Source of the DNA: Phycisphaerae bacterium
GTDB taxonomy: Bacteria; Planctomycetota; Phycisphaerae; UBA1845; Fen-1342
Direction: 5' to 3'
DNA length: 64,000 nt
NCBI GenBank assembly: GCA_963675745.2
Contig: CAXXWX010000003.1
Span: 32,001 to 96,000 of the forward strand
The notes under the pieces are model-generated. The model saw nothing but the letters and a program-made list of their open reading frames with translations, was not told the DNA's origin and ran no database searches. Position numbers and translations under genes: made by a program. The first letter of the stretch is position 1; every line of letters starts with the position of its first letter. This document shows, piece after piece, positions 59,205-64,000 of this stretch.

Positions 59205-59932
59205 GATTCACCATCCATTCCGGAGAGATTCGTCGTCATCTCGCACAGGATTCCCCAGAGGCGTTCAATAGCGGCGGTGGCCGCCGGTTCCGTGGCGGGC
59301 CCCCTCTGGTACTCCAGGCCGACGATCAATTGCAGTTCGTCGTGGCTCGTTGACTTGTTGCAGACAACAGCGGGCAGGTCGAATGACTCGCCGAAGCTGG
59401 GCAGATCGAAGCACACGCGCACGCCGTCCCCCACGAGCAGCAGCTCATCCAGCTCGCCGCGCACCATGCGGCAGGCCAACCCGTCGCCGCTAATGTTGCA
59501 GAGTTCGCCGATGTAGGGTGTTTTTGATTCACTCGGCCAGAGGCGCACCTGCGAAAACTCCTTGAGCGTTCGCCGTTCAAAACGCCGTCGGTTGGCCACG
59601 TGAATCGTCTCCGGCATGGCCAGCAGCAGTCGCTGCGGTGTGTTGTGCTCGAAGGCGTCAATAACGCATGTGGAGAACAGGTAGAGCTGGCCGGAGAGGA
59701 CCGTGCGAATGTCGCAGCACGCGCCCAGCAGCGCGTGCAGCGGGAGGGGCTGAGTGCTGGGGTCCAGGTCGACCCGCAACAGCTCGTCCTCACGTCCGAC
59801 CAGTACGCCGCGCATTGCGCCGTCGCGTGGTAATGTGCGTGCCTCGATCTCCAGGGCCGCGCGCGATCGCACGGCCTGCTCCACAACTCTACTGGCCTGT
59901 CGAGGGTTGAGGTCGATCACTGCTTGCACCAC
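59201..59932 (-). CDS. YcgR-like PilZ domain protein
   Basis: NRRRFER and NISGDG motifs; ATGA overlap with the next gene. Confidence 0.85.
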   Translation of the reverse strand: MVQAVIDLNPRQASRVVEQAVRSRAALEIEARTLPRDGAMRGVLVGREDELLRVDLDPSTQPLPLHALLGACCDIRTVLSGQLYLFSTCVIDAFEHNTPQRLLLAMPETIHVANRRRFERRTLKEFSQVRLWPSESKTPYIGELCNISGDGLACRMVRGELDELLLVGDGVRVCFDLPSFGESFDLPAVVCNKSTSHDELQLIVGLEYQRGPATEPAATAAIERLWGILCEMTTNLSGMDGES

Positions 59933-59962
59933 TCCTCCTCTGCGCCGTGTTCCCGGCGCACG

Positions 59963-60688
59963 TCACCTGGCCGCCTGCCGGCGCTGTTGCACGATGTCGC
60001 GCAGACGGTTGATATTTGCGCGATGGTCATCCTGATCGTCTCCGGGGCAGAACTCCCACCCCGTGACCGTCATCTGCCCCGACTCGGCCGGGCGCTTGTG
60101 TATCAGGCGCACGACAAAGTCGAACGTGCATGGGTCGTTGTTGGGATTGAATTCGGCCCAGTACAGCGCGTTATCGTCGATCCGCTGGGCCGCCTGCCAG
60201 TGCATTGTCCCGCCTATGCCGCCTGTCGAGATGTTCGTGAGACGCAACGTCTCGCGGACGCGCTCGTCCTGAACCTGGATCAACTGTGCCTCGATCGCAT
60301 CCGTCTCATCCAGGTCGAGACGCCCGTCCTGTCGTTGCTCACACCGCTCAATGCGTACCGGCATCTGGACGCACAGCGCGGCGACCGGACCGAACACGCC
60401 AAACGAGCGTTCAAAGCGGCCCTTCGTTTCGGCACTGAACGTGTACGTCTGGCCGTTCAGCTCAAAACGCACATCCACGATCACGCCGAACTGCTCGGGC
60501 TCGGACAACGCACTGATCGGCCAACGCATCCAGAGGCAGTCTCTATCGAGTACCAGCAGATGTGTGTTTTCGGACGGACCGTCGGGGTCCTGTCCGCGGC
60601 GCGTGACATAGCCGCCGACGCCGCGTGTACACGCATCCGCCAGGATCAGCATCTGGGTCTTGCGATTGGTCAGTGTTTGCCTCTGCAT
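59963..60688 (-). CDS. PilZ domain protein (divergent)
   Basis: QRQDGR and NISTGG motifs; AAGGAG SD. Confidence 0.75.
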   Translation of the reverse strand: MQRQTLTNRKTQMLILADACTRGVGGYVTRRGQDPDGPSENTHLLVLDRDCLWMRWPISALSEPEQFGVIVDVRFELNGQTYTFSAETKGRFERSFGVFGPVAALCVQMPVRIERCEQRQDGRLDLDETDAIEAQLIQVQDERVRETLRLTNISTGGIGGTMHWQAAQRIDDNALYWAEFNPNNDPCTFDFVVRLIHKRPAESGQMTVTGWEFCPGDDQDDHRANINRLRDIVQQRRQAAR

Positions 60689-60724
60689 CGACGGACTCCT
60701 TGTCGGCCGGCTGCCACCTGCTGG

Positions 60725-60752
60725 GAATCGACCAACAGGTTGCGGGACTTCA
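60725..60752 (-). promoter_or_regulatory. Possible sigma28-like promoter of the PilZ genes
   Basis: TGAAG-N15-GTCGATTC compared with the TAAA-N15-GCCGATAA consensus; several mismatches. Confidence 0.3.
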
Positions 60753-61101
60753 TTGCGGTTCTTCCTGTGCCGGGGTGACCGCGCGGGTCACTCGCCGGCA
60801 TGCCTGAGCGCGGCGTCCACGTCCTGACACGTGCGTCGCGGCACGCCGACAACTGCGTCCCGGAACATCTCGCGTGCATCCCTGCCACCAACGTGCGTGC
60901 GCCACTATCGGCCGCACGCGAACATGCCGGCGGCGGGCGCGGCTTACGAATCCGGTGCGGCGCGCCACGTTTCGCGCGTGTGGCGGCTACGGAAGTGTTC
61001 AAATCAAATCCACTTGGGCGCGCGAGAATCCACGCCTTCTACGTCCGCGTGGAATCGGGCAGGCCCGATATGAGTGGTGGGGGGCCGGCGCTCGGAACGA
61101 T

Positions 61102-61185
61102 CCCTGTGCCACCGGCTGCTGACCGGCGGGTCCCACGGGTTATAAACCCGTGCCACAGTCGATCAGGTATAGAGACCCGTGCCAC
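61102..61185. repeat. REP cluster of the GTGGCACGGG type
   Basis: CCCTGTGCCAC, CACGGGTTATAAACCCGTGCCAC and CAGGTATAGAGACCCGTGCCAC. Confidence 0.7.
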
Positions 61186-61223
61186 AGTTCATCGGGCATG
61201 AACTTGCATAGAGATCTGACGGC

Positions 61224-61369
61224 TAGAGCGGTTTCAGCAAAGACGCGGTGGCTTACACTGTCGGGGTGGGTCGGGCGTCTTGCCCGACTTCGACGAATGC
61301 AGTACATAGGCGGGCGGGACGCCCGCCCCACCCGCGTATGGGCAGCGGATTGTTGTTGAAACCGCTCTA
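61224..61369. mobile_element. MITE-like element, copy 2
   Basis: Perfect 13-bp TIR TAGAGCGGTTTCA/TGAAACCGCTCTA (17 bp with one mismatch); no ORF. Confidence 0.85.
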
Positions 61370-62374
61370 AGAATCCGGGGCGCGGTTCCGGGTGAGGCTC
61401 GGGTCTGGCGCGGACAGCGCGTCCTCGCGTGAAACCTGCGTTGACTCCAGCGCCAGCAGGCCCGCAAGGTGTGTACCGATATCAGCGGGCAGGGCGGCGT
61501 CCAACCACGACACATCAGCGCTCAACAAGCGCTCTGCGGTCGCGGCAATCAGTTGCAGCCACGTCAACTCCGGCGCCAGCCAACGACAAACCAGCAGGTA
61601 GGCAATGCCGCGCTGAACAAGCCACACGGACTGCGCCAGCATCTGATCGTCCGCGTCGCGCAAGGCCAGCGATCCAGGATGCCCGCCGGAGGCGGCAAGC
61701 TGGCGCAGCACGCTGTCGGTACCGGCGCTGGTGCGCGCCGGGCCGGCCAGCAGGGTCTGTTGACGCTGCTGGCGAAACCCGAAAGTGCGATTCGTCGCCG
61801 CGGGGGCGAGGCTACCGACGTATTCCAGAACGTCCGCCGTTGACAAGCGGACCCAGGCCATTCTGCGCGGTGGGTGGCCATTTGGACGATCGAACCGCCG
61901 CTGCGTCAGCCCATGAATACCGCGCGGCTTGGCGAGCGTCTGGGCGCGATCCAGCAGCACTGCCGCCGCGTCCGTGTCAAGCGCGATGATTCCCGCGTGG
62001 GGCGTGTGCGGCAAGCTGGTGAGCGTTTGCCGCCCGAAGAGCGACTCACGCTCCATCAACGGCAGCACGCCGACAACTTGTTCGGCGCGCATGGCCATCA
62101 GGTACCACGGTCGGCCGAGGCCTTCGCGGACCAGCGCCTGACGCCACGCGAGCGAGTGGTACAGGTTGCCATGCGCTCGCACGAATTCGTCGTACGGCTG
62201 ACAGGGCTCTTCGTCCACCAGCCAGACGCTGGCCGGGGCGGTCGGGCTTGTGTTCGGCTGCGAGGAGGCCGCAATGTCCACTGGCCCGGCCTGGGCTGGA
62301 ATTCTCAGCACATCGTCGCGTGTGATAGTCACAGTTTCATCCGGCTTTGTCGCTGCCGGGGGGAGTAGACGCAT
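61367..62374 (-). CDS. FemAB-like / GNAT-fold protein, divergent C-terminal half
   Basis: YDEFV..H..LYHS.AW..YLMA....VVGVLPL....S.LFG..L.SLP....GI pattern. Confidence 0.65.
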   Translation of the reverse strand: MRLLPPAATKPDETVTITRDDVLRIPAQAGPVDIAASSQPNTSPTAPASVWLVDEEPCQPYDEFVRAHGNLYHSLAWRQALVREGLGRPWYLMAMRAEQVVGVLPLMERESLFGRQTLTSLPHTPHAGIIALDTDAAAVLLDRAQTLAKPRGIHGLTQRRFDRPNGHPPRRMAWVRLSTADVLEYVGSLAPAATNRTFGFRQQRQQTLLAGPARTSAGTDSVLRQLAASGGHPGSLALRDADDQMLAQSVWLVQRGIAYLLVCRWLAPELTWLQLIAATAERLLSADVSWLDAALPADIGTHLAGLLALESTQVSREDALSAPDPSLTRNRAPDS

Positions 62375-62518
62375 TGTGGGGCTCCGCCACGTGGTATAAC
62401 TGTCAGCGAAGTCGCCGGTCCCATGGACGCCACGCCTCACCAACTTCCGCTCCTGCGCTGACTATCGGCTGACCTGGGCTTACAATCCATGGGCACTTGT
62501 CCCCAGGACTGATCAGCG

Positions 62519-62998
62519 ATGCGAATAGGGATTCTGTCCGATACCCATGATCGTCTGCCGGCCATTGAGGCCGCTTTGCGGCGATTCCAGGCTCTCGGGA
62601 TAGACACGCTTATCCACCCCGGGGATGTTGTGGCTCCGTTCGCGGCCCGACTGCTCGCGGGTTTCCCTGGAACCACACACATCACATATGGCAATAACGA
62701 TGGCGAGCGCAAGGGGCTCAAACAGGTTCTGCCACAGATCCAGGACGGGCCGCTCACGATCGAGCTCGCGAATCGGCGGATTCTGGTTCATCACTACCTG
62801 GATTGGTGCGACGGCCGCGACCTGGCCGACGCCGACCTGGTCATTACCGGGCATACGCACGAGGTTGCGGTCAATCGTCAGAACGGTAAGCTAATCCTCA
62901 ATCCCGGCGAGTGTTGTGGCTACCTGACCGGCCGCTGCACAATCGCCGTTGTTGACCTTGAGCAGATGGACAGCCAGATAATCGAGATCCGGTTATGA
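62519..62998 (+). CDS. Metallophosphoesterase (YfcE/MJ0936 family)
   Basis: SDTHD, HPGD, GNND, GHTH and NPGE motifs. Confidence 0.93.
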   Translation: MRIGILSDTHDRLPAIEAALRRFQALGIDTLIHPGDVVAPFAARLLAGFPGTTHITYGNNDGERKGLKQVLPQIQDGPLTIELANRRILVHHYLDWCDGRDLADADLVITGHTHEVAVNRQNGKLILNPGECCGYLTGRCTIAVVDLEQMDSQIIEIRL

Positions 62999-63462
62999 GC
63001 ACAATGCGAATCGGCCTATGTGGCGGCCTGTGCCTGCTGAGCCTGTCATTAACGGCGTGTGTCGAGCGCAACGTCAAGATCGAGACCGATCCCCCAGGGG
63101 CGATCGTGGTGGTCAACGACGAGGAGGTCGGCGTCAGCCCGGTGAAGTTCTCATTCCTGTGGTATGGGGATTACGATCTGATCCTGCGCAAGAGCGGCCA
63201 CGAAACGGTCAAAACCCACTTTCGCGTAAAGGCCCCCTGGTACCAGTATCCGCCGTTCGACCTGATCACCGAGACGTTGATTATCGGCACGATCACCGAC
63301 GCGCATGTTCTGCCGCCGTTTGTGTTGCCCGAGGCCGAAAGGCCGGCGATTGATGTGCTGGTTGACCGGGCGAGCGCGATGCGTACCGATGCGCTCGGTG
63401 TGCTCGCCGGCCGTTCGCCCACCGGTGAGGCTTACACGCCGCCGGGCGAAAAGCTGGAGTAG
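62995..63462 (+). CDS. PEGA-domain lipoprotein
   Basis: Lipobox LTAC; I.TDPPGA.V.VND.EVG.SP..F.WYG.Y pattern. Confidence 0.85.
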   Translation: MSTMRIGLCGGLCLLSLSLTACVERNVKIETDPPGAIVVVNDEEVGVSPVKFSFLWYGDYDLILRKSGHETVKTHFRVKAPWYQYPPFDLITETLIIGTITDAHVLPPFVLPEAERPAIDVLVDRASAMRTDALGVLAGRSPTGEAYTPPGEKLE

Positions 63463-63470
63463 AGCCGCAA

Positions 63471-63746
63471 TTAGTTCCCTTCCGTCTTGGGTTTCACCCG
63501 CGTCTCACGCCGGGCGTCGCGTTCGGCGACCAGCTCTTCCAGGCGTCGAATCAGCTCTGGCAGTTCGCAGTCCGCACCGTGCTCGGCGATCACGCGCAGC
63601 AGCGGCACGCAGCTCCCGCAGCCTGTGCCCGCCCCAAGACACTCCGTCAATTGCGAGTAGACGCGCGGGCGCTCCCGGCGTACGAAGTGCCACAACTTGC
63701 GCAGCGTGACATCAAAGCAAACGCAGATTTCCGTATCCATATCCAC
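63471..63746 (-). CDS. BFD-like [2Fe-2S]-binding protein
   Basis: ICVCFDV and GAGTGCGSC motifs. Confidence 0.85.
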   Translation of the reverse strand: MDMDTEICVCFDVTLRKLWHFVRRERPRVYSQLTECLGAGTGCGSCVPLLRVIAEHGADCELPELIRRLEELVAERDARRETRVKPKTEGN

Positions 63747-63876
63747 GGCCAGACACCCTCTGTTTTGTCACGAGCAGGGCGGCCGCACGGGAGGCGCGCT
63801 CGGGAGCGGACTGCTGCACGGGTTGGCCCCGGGGCAATATACCCGGTCGGAAAGTGCGCAAGTCACGCCGCGCGCG

Positions 63877-63999
63877 CTACACATCCCCGCGCCGAAACAC
63901 GGCCACGATATCTTCGATGGGAATGACGAACAGGCGGTTGTCGCCTTCAAAATCGACCGGGACGGCGTTTTTCGGGTTAAAGAGCACTTTGTCGTACTG
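63877..63999 (-). CDS. C-terminus of a GroES/Cpn10-like protein (truncated by the window edge)
   Basis: Manual translation QYDKVLFNPKNAVPVDFEGDNRLFVIPIEDIVAVFRRGDV*; DKVLF and EDIVAV resemble the Cpn10 tail. Confidence 0.65.
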   Translation of the reverse strand, partial: QYDKVLFNPKNAVPVDFEGDNRLFVIPIEDIVAVFRRGDV

Positions 64000-64000
64000 C

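Noticed and set aside
60690..61100. c-di-GMP riboswitch upstream of the PilZ genes
   Set aside because: No GEMM-type conserved elements were recognisable on the minus strand.

Overview
GC-rich bacterial chromosome segment, most likely Planctomycetota (class Phycisphaerae). This is inferred from tandem lepB genes upstream of lptB, a GDMNCDG..N.GDID.FV dockerin-like motif, a DUF1559-type tail and a CxxCGYDLRGL zinc-ribbon membrane protein. Most of the window is housekeeping and envelope genes: an ABC exporter, a FadF-like Fe-S oxidoreductase, class II ribonucleotide reductase with NrdR-like boxes, a polyprenol-P-sugar/GT87 cluster, tRNA-Thr(CGT), elbB, mqnA-mqnC, a complete proteobacterial-order ISC operon (iscR-S-U-A-hscB-hscA-fdx), lptB, two lepB, a 1613-aa S8 protease with 21 x 33-aa repeats, a GT-C/flippase/MEMO cluster and three tandem PilZ genes. 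The least explained material is non-coding or small. It includes inverted arrays of 7-nt repeats (one ~500 bp, with units also inside mqnC), a 139-146 bp MITE present twice and each time fused to a TAG stop codon, several REP families, a decayed RHS locus around an orphan gene, a candidate structured small RNA, an unannotated 44-aa ORF and a single-base frameshift in a DUF1559-tail gene. No CRISPR-Cas, prophage, integrase or transposase was seen. I cannot demonstrate a new biological system from sequence alone; the best leads are ranked in the findings. All family calls are from motif recognition, not database searches.
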